The position numbers and the translations under genes were made by a program. Of a DNA stretch of 64,000 bases, positions 9,099-18,132 are shown piece after piece. Every line of letters begins with the position of its first letter. Within the stretch, counting starts at the first letter, position 1. The stretch covers positions 3,904,001-3,968,000 of the forward strand of contig OY760937.1 of the NCBI GenBank assembly GCA_963664225.1. Reading direction: 5' to 3'. The DNA is from Verrucomicrobiia bacterium (GTDB lineage: Bacteria > Verrucomicrobiota > Verrucomicrobiia > Limisphaerales > UBA1319). The notes under the pieces are model-generated. The model did no database searches. It had not been told where the DNA came from and was given only the letters and a program-made list of their open reading frames with translations.

Positions 9099-9173
9099 AA
9101 CCACGAAACACGCGAAATACGCGAAAAGGGGAGAACTGAAGGAAATTAGACAGGATGTCAGGATCGACAGGAT
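9099..9173 (+). repeat. Short-period triplet repeats
   Basis: AACCACGAAA-CACGCGAAA-TACGCGAAA (period 9); CAGGAT ending 9156/9164/9173. Confidence 0.75.
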
Positions 9174-9252
9174 TGGGAAGGACGCCAAGGAGGAACCATG
9201 AAACATGCCTCGTGGCCCATGGTGAATCGCGAAGGAAAACGGGCCTTTTGAG

Positions 9253-10791
9253 TCAGCGTTTGGTTAAGTCCCGCACGGCGCGGCCAGCGGCGCTGAGATT
9301 TGCCAGTTTCATTTCGGAATACTTTCGCGAGAGGATGATCCCCTGCGCGCCCGCCTTCAATGCAGCCAGGGTGGCGGCGTAACTGTCGTCGGGGGACGCC
9401 TGGCGCGAGTTTTTGCCGGTGGGGATGCCGATGTCGATGCCGGGCAGGATGCGGCATTTGCCCTGAACACCCGCCAGGGCGCGCTGGGTTTCGCGGGCCA
9501 CGTAATCCGGCGACAGACCGGCCGCAGCCAGGTTGTCGAGATTCGCTTCGTCACCGTAATTGAGCAGGTGGTTGTTGAAGCGAAGCAATTCATCGCGCGG
9601 GACATCCCGAAAGACAGTGGAGCCGACGTTGCGAATGAAGTTGGCGTAGCGTTCGCCGCCGCAGTTGTTATAGACGACCACCTTCAGAAAGTCCGCCTGG
9701 GCGGCGAGGTCCTCGTAGCGGCGTGTGGCGCGGAATATGGGGTTGAACGAGTTGACGTGCTCGATGTGAAAGCCGACCTGCAAATCCTTGCGAACGGCTT
9801 TGACCGCGGCCCGGACCTCCGCAAGGACCTGGTGCTTGCCGATGTCGAACAAGCGATCCCAGGCGATGATTTCGGGCCAGTCCACAAGCAAGCGCCAGAA
9901 TTCCACAAAATAGCCATCGCTGGGTCGGCGGCCTTTGAGTGAGGCCTGCACGAATTCATCCAGTTTTTGATAACCCTGGCGGGCCCGGGCAAAATCAATT
10001 CCGTGCTCGCGCGCGGCCCGTTGGTGGTGCTCGCAAAAGCAGGTGACGCGTGAAGAAGCGATGCTCTGGGCGTGACTGGCTCCGAGCGCATTGAGCAAAG
10101 GGCCGTTTCGTTCGTTAAAGAACAAAATTCCGTCGATGTCGTAGGACTTGGTAAGATCGGTGGCCAGGCCGGACCAAAACGCACGAACGTCCGGGTGAAA
10201 GAGACACAGCGAACCCGCCTTGCGGCCCAGCAAATCGACTTCGACGACTTCCTGAACACCGGGGACATCCGTGCGGAAGACGTCTTCAATGGAACAAAAG
10301 AGCTTCATACCGCGTTTCCGGGCCTCGGGCAGGACAGCGGCGACGATGTCGAGATCGCCATGGTCGGGCGCGCGGGTCTGTTTGAGCACGGTATTGCGAT
10401 AGAACTCCGGGTGCGGTGTGGCATAGTTGCCCCCGTGAAAGGTTTTCTCGTCAGACTCCTGTGAGCCGTGGTCGGGAAAAGGCTGGCCTGGAATCTGGCG
10501 ACCGGCCAGGCCGCGGCCGTAGGTGAACGTGGTCAGGAAGATCGTGTTCACGGCGGCGCGCTCCTGGAGAATATCGAGAACGGGGCCCACGCCTTCGTCC
10601 ACGAACGAGACGGCTCCCACTTGCATCCCGATCATTTTATCAGGCTCCGGGGATTCGCTGGCGCGAAGCGGACCGAGGCCGGTTACGGCCAGAGTGGTGA
10701 GGGCGGCGGTGTTCTTCACAAAGTCCCGGCGCGAGATGACGCTGTTGCCGATGTTGGATGGGGTTGCGTTCACAAACAAGAGCTTAGCCAT
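9253..10791 (-). CDS. Tat-exported hypothetical protein, probable glycoside-hydrolase-like TIM barrel
   Basis: ISRRDFVK Tat motif; YDIDGILF segment resembles GHL10/DUF187-type barrels; CFCEHH motif. Start set at MAKLL (ATG 10791); uncertain. Confidence 0.6.
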   Translation of the reverse strand: MAKLLFVNATPSNIGNSVISRRDFVKNTAALTTLAVTGLGPLRASESPEPDKMIGMQVGAVSFVDEGVGPVLDILQERAAVNTIFLTTFTYGRGLAGRQIPGQPFPDHGSQESDEKTFHGGNYATPHPEFYRNTVLKQTRAPDHGDLDIVAAVLPEARKRGMKLFCSIEDVFRTDVPGVQEVVEVDLLGRKAGSLCLFHPDVRAFWSGLATDLTKSYDIDGILFFNERNGPLLNALGASHAQSIASSRVTCFCEHHQRAAREHGIDFARARQGYQKLDEFVQASLKGRRPSDGYFVEFWRLLVDWPEIIAWDRLFDIGKHQVLAEVRAAVKAVRKDLQVGFHIEHVNSFNPIFRATRRYEDLAAQADFLKVVVYNNCGGERYANFIRNVGSTVFRDVPRDELLRFNNHLLNYGDEANLDNLAAAGLSPDYVARETQRALAGVQGKCRILPGIDIGIPTGKNSRQASPDDSYAATLAALKAGAQGIILSRKYSEMKLANLSAAGRAVRDLTKR

Positions 10792-10974
10792 GTGATCGCA
10801 GCCCGTCAAATACGGGCGCAGCCCGGCGTTGGGGAAATATTGGCCGGAAGTGGGGGGGGTGAGGATTGGTGATTGGGGATTGCGTCGTTCGGACACCGCT
10901 GCCAAGGCTGGCTCCCGGCCTGTTCCATTTGCAACCGCCTGACCCTGTCATGCACCCGGATGCGCAATTCGTCG

Positions 10975-11081
10975 ATTTGATTCAACGCTTACAGCGTAGA
11001 AGATTTCTGGGGCGGCGATGACCCCGGGTAGCCCTCGGCGGGCAACCCGGGGCTGAGTGATTTTCATTCCTTCGGAATGAA
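10975..11081. repeat. REP-like three-hairpin element (copy 1)
   Basis: Hairpins TTCAACGCT-TAC-AGCGTAGAA, CCCCGGGTAGCCC-TCGGC-GGGCAACCCGGGG and TTCATTCC-TTC-GGAATGAA; a related copy lies at 57254-57325. Confidence 0.7.
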
Positions 11082-11118
11082 CCGGAAAGAAGGTGTCTCC
11101 GTGCTCATGGGACGTTGC

Positions 11119-11217
11119 GTGAGGGCGAGCAGCCTGCAACACGAAAAGCACGCGACGGACCCCATCCGCGCCCGCCTATTATCGGCGAAGATGGCTCGGC
11201 AGGAGCCTCGCCCTACC
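11119..11217. repeat. GTAG-type REP-like inverted pair
   Basis: 11193-11217 reads GGTAGGGCGAGGCTCCTGCCGAGCC on the minus strand; degenerate inverted partner GTGAGGGCGAGCAGCCTGC at 11119-11137. Confidence 0.55.
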
Positions 11218-11398
11218 AGGAGGCCGCTTCCGGCGTCTTCAGCGCATTCGTCCAGTTTCGGCTTTTACCAACTTCCTGAATTTTGTCCCGCACCCTGGGC
11301 TTTTCGGGGCGTGGAAATATTGCTGGCCAGCGACGGTTGGCCGGGTATGATCGGCGCTGTTCACACACTTGCAGCGACGACAAACACGGAAAAAATTT

Positions 11399-12034
11399 AT
11401 GCAAGACTGGAAGCAGCTATACGATGCGGTGCTTGATGGCAATGCAACCGCCGCGAAAACCGTAACCGAGCAGGCACTGGCCGACGGAATTGACCCGCAA
11501 ACGCTGGTCGCTCAATACATGATCCCGGCGATGGACGAGGCCGGCCGGAGGTTTGAATGTAACGATTATTTTGTGCCCGAGCTGCTCATCGCGGCGCGCG
11601 CCATGAAGGCCTCGCTCGAATTGATCCGTCCGCTGTTGTCCGCCCGTGGGGACAAACCGACAGGCAAGGTGGTCATTGGAACCGTCAAAGGGGATTTGCA
11701 CGACATTGGCAAGAACCTGGTGGCGGCGATGCTGGAGGGGGGCGGTTTCGAAGTCACGGACCTGGGCGTGGATGTGTCGCCGGAGAAATTTGTGGCGATG
11801 GCACGCGAGAAAAAGGCCGATATCATTGCGCTTTCGGCGTTGCTGACCACGACGATGCCGTCCATGCGGGCGACGATCGAGGCGGTGAAAGACGCGGGCT
11901 TGCGGGAGAATATCAAGATCATGATCGGCGGCGCGCCTGTGACGCAGAAATATGCGGAGGAAATCGGCGCCGACGGATTCAGTGAAAACGCGGCTGGCGC
12001 GGTTCACATGGCGCGCAAGCTGGTGGCCGTGTAA
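11399..12034 (+). CDS. Cobalamin (corrinoid)-binding methyltransferase protein (MtbC/MetH cap + B12 domains)
   Basis: YFVPELL cap domain; DLHDIGKNLV (DxHxxG), SALLTTT and GGAPV B12-binding motifs. Confidence 0.93.
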   Translation: MQDWKQLYDAVLDGNATAAKTVTEQALADGIDPQTLVAQYMIPAMDEAGRRFECNDYFVPELLIAARAMKASLELIRPLLSARGDKPTGKVVIGTVKGDLHDIGKNLVAAMLEGGGFEVTDLGVDVSPEKFVAMAREKKADIIALSALLTTTMPSMRATIEAVKDAGLRENIKIMIGGAPVTQKYAEEIGADGFSENAAGAVHMARKLVAV

Positions 12035-12058
12035 CGAAAAAAGTTGAATTGGTCGCAG

Positions 12059-12925
12059 ATGAAACCTTTGATTCAAACCTTGATGGAGGGCGGTCCGGTG
12101 TTGACCGATGGGGCTTGGGGAACCCAGTTGCAGGCGAAGGGTCTGCAAGGCGGGGAGTGCCCGGACCTATGGAATCTGAGCCATCCGGAGCATGTCACGG
12201 CGGTGGCACGGGCGTATGTGTTGTCCGGGAGCCGCATTATTTTAACCAACACATTTGGCGCGAACAAGTTGCGCCTGGCGGGGTATGGACTTTCCGACCG
12301 GGCTGTGGACATCAACAAGGCGGGAGTGGCGATTTCGAAGGCGGCGGCGGGGAATCAGGCGCTTGTGTTCGCCTCGCTGGGGCCCAGCGGCAAGATGTTG
12401 ATGATGGGGGATACCACGGAAGAAGAGTTGCTGGCGGTATTCACGGAACAGGCGCGGGCGATGGCGGAGGGGGGCGCGGATGCGATCGTGGTCGAAACGA
12501 TGGCGGATTTGACTGAGACGAAGCTGGCGGTAACGGCGGCCAAGGCGACCGGTTTGCCGGTGGTGGCCTGCCTGGTGTTCGATTCCGGCAAGAACAAGGA
12601 TCGGACGATGATGGGGAACACGCCTGAGCAGGTGGCGGAGGCATTGACCGAGGCGGGAGTGGATGTGATCGGGGCCAATTGCGGGCAGGGGATCAGCGGT
12701 TACGTGGGGGTCTGTAAACGGATGCGCGCGGTGACCTCGCTGCCGTTATGGATCAAGGCCAATGCGGGTCTGCCGGAGATGGTGGCGGGTGTGCCGGTGT
12801 ATCGGACCACGGCTGGGGAGTTTGCGGATCACATGCCGGCGTTAATACATGCCGGAGCGAATTTTATTGGCGGTTGTTGCGGCACGAGTCCGGACTTCAT
12901 TGCCGCGTGCAAGACAAAGTTATGA
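12059..12925 (+). CDS. Homocysteine S-methyltransferase family protein (stand-alone MetH N-terminal domain)
   Basis: TDGAWGT, TNTFGAN, GANCGQG and GGCCGT Zn ligands; KANAGLP. Confidence 0.92.
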   Translation: MKPLIQTLMEGGPVLTDGAWGTQLQAKGLQGGECPDLWNLSHPEHVTAVARAYVLSGSRIILTNTFGANKLRLAGYGLSDRAVDINKAGVAISKAAAGNQALVFASLGPSGKMLMMGDTTEEELLAVFTEQARAMAEGGADAIVVETMADLTETKLAVTAAKATGLPVVACLVFDSGKNKDRTMMGNTPEQVAEALTEAGVDVIGANCGQGISGYVGVCKRMRAVTSLPLWIKANAGLPEMVAGVPVYRTTAGEFADHMPALIHAGANFIGGCCGTSPDFIAACKTKL

Positions 12926-13953
12926 ATGGACGCGAACGAGTTCTGGCGATGATCGAGGGTCGGCCTTTGGACCGGCTGCCGTTGATGCCCATCACGATGA
13001 TGTATGCGGCCGACCAGATCGGCGTGAAATACGGAGCTTACGCGGCGGATCATCGGGTCATGGCGGACGCGCAGATCGCCGTTGCAGAAAAATTTGATTT
13101 GGACTTCGTGTCCACGATTTCCGATCCGGCGCGCGAAGCGGCGGATTGCGGGGCCACGGTTCAATACTTTCCCGATCAGCCCCCCGGTTTCGATGAGCAG
13201 AATTCACTGCTGGCCGATAAAAAGAAGCTGGTCTGGCTGAAAGCGCCGGATCCGTTGAGTGGAGGCCGGATGTTCGACCGGGTGCAGGGCGTCGAACTTT
13301 TAAAGAAGCGGGTGGGTCAGGACAAGCTGGTGGAGGGATGGATCGAAGGTCCCTGCGCACAAGGGGCGGACTTGCGCGGCATCAACACGCTGATGACCGA
13401 TTTCGGGGACGATCCCATTTTCGTGAACGACCTCATGGAGTTCGTGGTGGACATGGAGTTGAAGTTCGCGCGGGTGCAGGTGGAGGCGGGGGCGGATATC
13501 ATCGGAATGGGAGATGCCGCGGCGTCGCTGGTGGGGCCGCGTATTTACGAGAATGTGGTCTGGCCTTTCGAGAAGCGGATGGTGGACGCGCTGCACGCCA
13601 TGGGAACGAAAGTGCGGCTCCATATTTGCGGGAACACAAGGCGGCTGCTGGCGGCCATGGGTCGGCTGGAGTGCGATATCGTTGACCTGGACCTTGCGTC
13701 GCTGGCGGAGGGTCGCGCGCAAATGGGCGGGAAACAGATTCTGCTGGGAAACATTCATCCGGTGCATGTATTGCGAAATGGAACCGAAGCCGGGGTGACT
13801 GAGGCCATCGGGGTTTGCCACCGGGAAGCCGGGGAGAAATTTATCGTGGGCGCGGGGTGTGAAGTGCCGCGCGGCACGCCTGTGGAAAACATGATGGCGA
13901 TGACCCGCTACGCGCGGGATCATGCGCCGGGTGGTTTCGCAGGCGGAAAATGA
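12922..13953 (+). CDS. MtaA/CmuA-like methyltransferase (uroporphyrinogen decarboxylase family)
   Basis: MNGRERVLA start overlaps the upstream stop (ATGA); Zn motifs LHICG and GAGCEVP; QVEAGADII. Confidence 0.88.
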   Translation: MNGRERVLAMIEGRPLDRLPLMPITMMYAADQIGVKYGAYAADHRVMADAQIAVAEKFDLDFVSTISDPAREAADCGATVQYFPDQPPGFDEQNSLLADKKKLVWLKAPDPLSGGRMFDRVQGVELLKKRVGQDKLVEGWIEGPCAQGADLRGINTLMTDFGDDPIFVNDLMEFVVDMELKFARVQVEAGADIIGMGDAAASLVGPRIYENVVWPFEKRMVDALHAMGTKVRLHICGNTRRLLAAMGRLECDIVDLDLASLAEGRAQMGGKQILLGNIHPVHVLRNGTEAGVTEAIGVCHREAGEKFIVGAGCEVPRGTPVENMMAMTRYARDHAPGGFAGGK

Positions 13954-14018
13954 TGTGCGGGAAAGATTTGAGGGGTGCAACTTGCGCCTTTTGACGGCTG
14001 AGTTAATTTGATCCACTT

Positions 14019-14303
14019 ATGAGTCAGGTCGTGCTCTGGATATACATTGTGTTGTTGGTGGTGGGCGGAGTGCTGGGCTACATGCTGGCCCGCAGCAAAG
14101 TGTCGATCATCATGGCCAGTGCGTTCGCGCTGGCTCTCGTGTTATGCGCGGAGCGTGTCATTCCGTTCGGCGTGAGCACCTGGCTGATGGTGGCGTTGCT
14201 GGTGGTGTTCGGGATTCGCCTGGCGAGCACGCGGCGGTTTATGCCCTCGGGTTTGATGCTGGTCATCACGGTGGTGGCGCTGGGACTGATTAGTTTTTTG
14301 TGA
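14019..14303 (+). CDS. TMEM14 family small membrane protein
   Basis: YIVLLVVGGVLGY..RSKVSI..RRFMPSGL pattern typical of TMEM14. Confidence 0.8.
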   Translation: MSQVVLWIYIVLLVVGGVLGYMLARSKVSIIMASAFALALVLCAERVIPFGVSTWLMVALLVVFGIRLASTRRFMPSGLMLVITVVALGLISFL

Positions 14304-14340
14304 ACGGCACCCGTTCCGGGCGGATGCCAACCCTTGCAAT

Positions 14341-15387
14341 ATGAAGGAGCGCATTCGTCAATTGGCCCTCGAATTGGGCTTCGATGCATGCCGGTTCACA
14401 ACGGCTTTACCCCCTTCTTCCGCGCCGGCTTTCCAGAACTGGCTCGATGCCGGTTATCATGGATCCATGGAGTATCTGGCCCGCAATGCCCCCAAAAGGA
14501 AGAATCCGGCGCTGGTCTTGGCTGAGGCCAGGAGCGTGATTGTTCTGGCGGCCAGTTATTATTTGGAGGAGGCAGCGGCTAACGATACGCAGATCGATGC
14601 CAGGAATAATGCGAGCAAGGGAGTGGTCGCGCGGTATGCGCGTTTCAACGATTATCACGAGGTGTTGGGGGCGAAGTTGAAGAGGCTGTGCGAGTGGATT
14701 GATGGGAACGGGTCGGCGGGTGGGCGATCGCTTTGGTACGTGGATACGGGACCGGTGCTGGAGCGGGATCTTGCGCAGCGGGCGGGGTTGGGATTCATCG
14801 GCAAGCACAGCAATCTGATCAGCCGACAGTGGGGGAATTGGATTTTTCTGGCAGAGATACTGACGCCGCTGGAATTGGAACCGGACGCGCCGGAGAAGAA
14901 CCATTGCGGCCAATGCACGCGGTGCATCACGGCCTGCCCCACGCAGGCGATTCGGGCGCCGTTCACGCTGGACGCCCGGCGGTGCATTGCTTATCTGACG
15001 ATTGAACACAAGGGGAACATTCCACTGGAATGGCGGACGGCGATTGGAAACCGGATATTCGGTTGCGACGATTGTCTGGAGGCGTGTCCATGGAACCGAT
15101 TCGCGCAGGCGGGTCGGACGATGAAGGGGCAGGAGCGCGGCGGTTTGGCGGAGCCGGATTTGCTCGAGTTACTGGGACTGGACGAGGCGGGTTTTCGGGA
15201 GCGATTTGAGGGAACGCCGGTGCTGAGGCTGAAACGGGCGCGGCTGCGTCGCAACGTCTGTGTGGCGTTGGGGAACACGGGCGGTCGGGAGGCGATTCCT
15301 GACTTGGAAAGGGCGGCGGGGGATGCGGATGCCATGGTGGCGGAACACGCGGCCTGGGCGGTGGAACAGGTCCGAAAACGAGGGTGA
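14341..15387 (+). CDS. queG: tRNA epoxyqueuosine(34) reductase
   Basis: YHGSMEYL, ARYA..DYH, VDTGPVLER, CGQCTRCITACP, RCIAYLTIE and FGCDDCLEACPWN; HEAT-like C-terminus. Confidence 0.95.
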   Translation: MKERIRQLALELGFDACRFTTALPPSSAPAFQNWLDAGYHGSMEYLARNAPKRKNPALVLAEARSVIVLAASYYLEEAAANDTQIDARNNASKGVVARYARFNDYHEVLGAKLKRLCEWIDGNGSAGGRSLWYVDTGPVLERDLAQRAGLGFIGKHSNLISRQWGNWIFLAEILTPLELEPDAPEKNHCGQCTRCITACPTQAIRAPFTLDARRCIAYLTIEHKGNIPLEWRTAIGNRIFGCDDCLEACPWNRFAQAGRTMKGQERGGLAEPDLLELLGLDEAGFRERFEGTPVLRLKRARLRRNVCVALGNTGGREAIPDLERAAGDADAMVAEHAAWAVEQVRKRG

Positions 15388-15443
15388 GAGCGGTGGGCAA
15401 ATGAGTCTATCGTTAATGCAATAATTGTCGTCAAATCTCCGTA

Positions 15444-16694
15444 ATGAGTGCCACGATCAACACTACATCCGTTCCGCAGGCGGTGCTGGTGATTTTCGCG
15501 CTTACCTACCTTGGCATCGCGGCGGGACGCGTGCCGGGTTTGAAACTCGATCGCACGGGCATTGCCATGTTGGGTGCGATTGCGATGATGATTTTCGGCG
15601 GCCTGCAGACGACCGAGGTCATCAACAGCATCAACTGGCCCACCATCCTGCTGTTGTTCGGTTTCTTTGTGCTGTCGGCCCAACTGCGGTTGTCCGGATT
15701 TTTCGACGCGGTGGCGAACCAGATTGCCCGCCAACTTGGAAATCCGGCCCGGTTTTTGTTGCTCCTGATGCTGGCCACGGCGGGACTTTCCGCATTTCTG
15801 AACCACGATATTGTGTGCTTCGTCTTCGCGCCCATTGTCGGGGCGGCGCTGTTGAGGCGACAGCTTAATCCCGTTCCCTTCCTGATCGCGCTGGCCATCG
15901 CCAGCAACATCGGCGCGGCCGGCACCCTTGTGGGGAATCCGCAGGATATGATGATCGCACAGATTGCCGGGCTGGAGTTCGGGCTTTACGCGCTCTGGTG
16001 CATCGTGCCGGTGCTGTTCGCGCTCGGTTGCGCCTACGGGATCATCTGGCGGCTGTCGCGAAGTTGCCTTGTTGCCAATGTGCAATTGGCGTCCGCCCCA
16101 ACTGTAAGCCAGCCTGCGTTTGACCGGACGCATACCATCAAGGGGTTGGTCATCCTCGTCGTCGTCATCGGACTGTTTTTCACGCCGCTGCCCAAGGAGC
16201 TTGTCGCGTTGACGGCAGCAGCCATACACCTGGCCAGCCCCAAGTTTCACACCTCCGACCTGCTCAGGCTTGTGGACTGGCCGATACTGGTGCTGTTCAT
16301 GGCCCTATTCGTGGTGACGGGCGCGTTTCAATCCACTGGTTACGGCGGACAGGCCGTGGAATGGCTGGCGCGCGGCGGGTTGCATCTGCAATCGCTGCCA
16401 ACCCTGACGGCGGTCACGGCCGTGATGTCCAATTTGATTGGCAACTCCGCCACTGTGTTGCTGCTCATGAAGGTGGCGAATGTCGCGCAACCTCCGGCGG
16501 CGTACGTGCTGGCCCTTGCCAACAGTTTCGGCGGAAGCCTCATCATCATTGGAAGCGTCTCCAACATCATCGTGGTTCAGCAGGCGCGCGAATTGGGCAT
16601 CCACATCTCGTTTCGCGATTTCGCCCGTCTCGGTGTTCCCGTGACGCTGGCGGCGCTGGCGGGACTGGTCGGTTGGGTGATGCTGATGACTTGA
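15444..16694 (+). CDS. ArsB/NhaD/SLC13-type anion permease
   Basis: LDRTGIAMLGA, LSAFLNHD, ASNIGAAGTLVGNPQD and GSVSNIIV motifs; many transmembrane segments. Confidence 0.85.
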   Translation: MSATINTTSVPQAVLVIFALTYLGIAAGRVPGLKLDRTGIAMLGAIAMMIFGGLQTTEVINSINWPTILLLFGFFVLSAQLRLSGFFDAVANQIARQLGNPARFLLLLMLATAGLSAFLNHDIVCFVFAPIVGAALLRRQLNPVPFLIALAIASNIGAAGTLVGNPQDMMIAQIAGLEFGLYALWCIVPVLFALGCAYGIIWRLSRSCLVANVQLASAPTVSQPAFDRTHTIKGLVILVVVIGLFFTPLPKELVALTAAAIHLASPKFHTSDLLRLVDWPILVLFMALFVVTGAFQSTGYGGQAVEWLARGGLHLQSLPTLTAVTAVMSNLIGNSATVLLLMKVANVAQPPAAYVLALANSFGGSLIIIGSVSNIIVVQQARELGIHISFRDFARLGVPVTLAALAGLVGWVMLMT

Positions 16695-17002
16695 GTGGAA
16701 TTACAAATGACGACGGCCAGCCTCATTTCCAGAAACCCAACTGAAATCATACGGCCAACCGCACCGTGAGAAACGATGCCATCCCATGCAAAAGCGTCAG
16801 CCGTGGTATGGAACGGTGGCTTTTTTTGGTTTTGACTTTGGAGGGGTGGGGCATTGAAATGGTTGGGTTCACAGTTGTTTGAATTGAACGACCTGGTTTA
16901 TAGTCTATGAACATATGCCGGGAATAAGACGGTGCAAAGGCCGGGGGTATTGTCACCCGCCGATCCGCGTTCACGGCAAGCAAAACTCAGAAGGAGAATA
17001 CC

Positions 17003-18073
17003 ATGACGTATTTGAAAAAGTATATTCGTTGCGGCCTGGGCATCGCCGCCCTGTCGCTCCTGGTCAACGCCAATTCGTTTGGCGCCGAACGCATTCCCGC
17101 GGAATATCGCACGGGCGGTTTCGCGATTGGCTGCCAGGCCTATTCGTTCAACCGCTTCACCGTTTTCGAAGCCATCGAAAAAACGGCTGAAACGGGCGGC
17201 AAAGTAATCGAGTTCTTTCCGGGCCAGAAATTGAGCAAGGAAGAGGCGACGGTGGTTTTCGATCACAACGCCTCGGATGCGACGCTGCAGAAGGTCAAAG
17301 ACAAGCTCAAGAAACACGGCATCATGGCGGTCAATTACGGCGTCGTGGGCATGCCCAATAACGAGGCCGAGTGCCGCAAGGTGTTCGAGTTTGCGAAGAA
17401 GATGGGGCTTCAGGCTGTGACGACGGAGCCGGACATGGAGACGATGGACCTGTTGGAAAAACTGGTGAAGGAATACGACATCAAGGTCGGCATTCATAAT
17501 CATCCGAAGCAGGACAATAATCCCAATTGCAAGGTATGGGACCCGAACTATGTGCTGTCGATGGTCAAGGGTCGCGATGCGCGCCTGGGATCCGCGGCGG
17601 ACACCGGTCACTGGACCCGTTCCGGCATCAAGCCGGTGGATGCGTTGCGGATTCTCCAGGGCCACATCATCAGCAGCCATTTGAAGGACCTCAATAAATT
17701 CGGCGGTGACGCACACGATGTGCCCTATGGCACGGGAGTGTCGGACATTCGCGGCGTTTTGACTGAGCTGCATCGACAGGGTTTCGAAGGCAACGTCTCG
17801 CTCGAATACGAGTATAACTGGGATAATTCGGTGCCTGAGATCGCGCAATGCATTGGGTATGTGCGCGGATTTTCCGATGGCAGCCCGTTCATGCGCCAAC
17901 GCAGTCCCGGTCCGCGGCCCGCCGGGATGAGTCCTGAGATGATGAAGCGCTACGGTATGACACCGGGGACAAACAATATGAGTCCCGAGATGATGAAGCG
18001 CTATGGTTTGACGCCGGCGGCAACCAATGCCGTCAAGCCTGCGGTGACCACCAAACCGGCTGAGACGAAGTAA
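17003..18073 (+). CDS. Exported sugar-phosphate isomerase/epimerase (xylose-isomerase-like TIM barrel) with repetitive C-terminal tail
   Basis: Signal peptide; GCQAYSF, IHNHP, DTGHW, HLKD and SLEYE metal-site motifs; tail with 2 x MSPEMMKRYG. Confidence 0.85.
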   Translation: MTYLKKYIRCGLGIAALSLLVNANSFGAERIPAEYRTGGFAIGCQAYSFNRFTVFEAIEKTAETGGKVIEFFPGQKLSKEEATVVFDHNASDATLQKVKDKLKKHGIMAVNYGVVGMPNNEAECRKVFEFAKKMGLQAVTTEPDMETMDLLEKLVKEYDIKVGIHNHPKQDNNPNCKVWDPNYVLSMVKGRDARLGSAADTGHWTRSGIKPVDALRILQGHIISSHLKDLNKFGGDAHDVPYGTGVSDIRGVLTELHRQGFEGNVSLEYEYNWDNSVPEIAQCIGYVRGFSDGSPFMRQRSPGPRPAGMSPEMMKRYGMTPGTNNMSPEMMKRYGLTPAATNAVKPAVTTKPAETK

Positions 18074-18104
18074 CGGGATCGCCAGAGCGATAATGTTTTT
18101 AACG

Positions 18105-18132
18105 AGGGACGGTTCACGCCGTCCCTTTTTTG
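18105..18132 (+). terminator. Intrinsic terminator
   Basis: AGGGACGG-TTCACG-CCGTCCCT followed by a T run. Confidence 0.8.

Noticed and set aside
10800..11398. Cobalamin or SAM riboswitch upstream of the corrinoid cassette
   Set aside because: I could not find B12-box or SAM-I core motifs; the hairpins are better explained as REP-like repeats.
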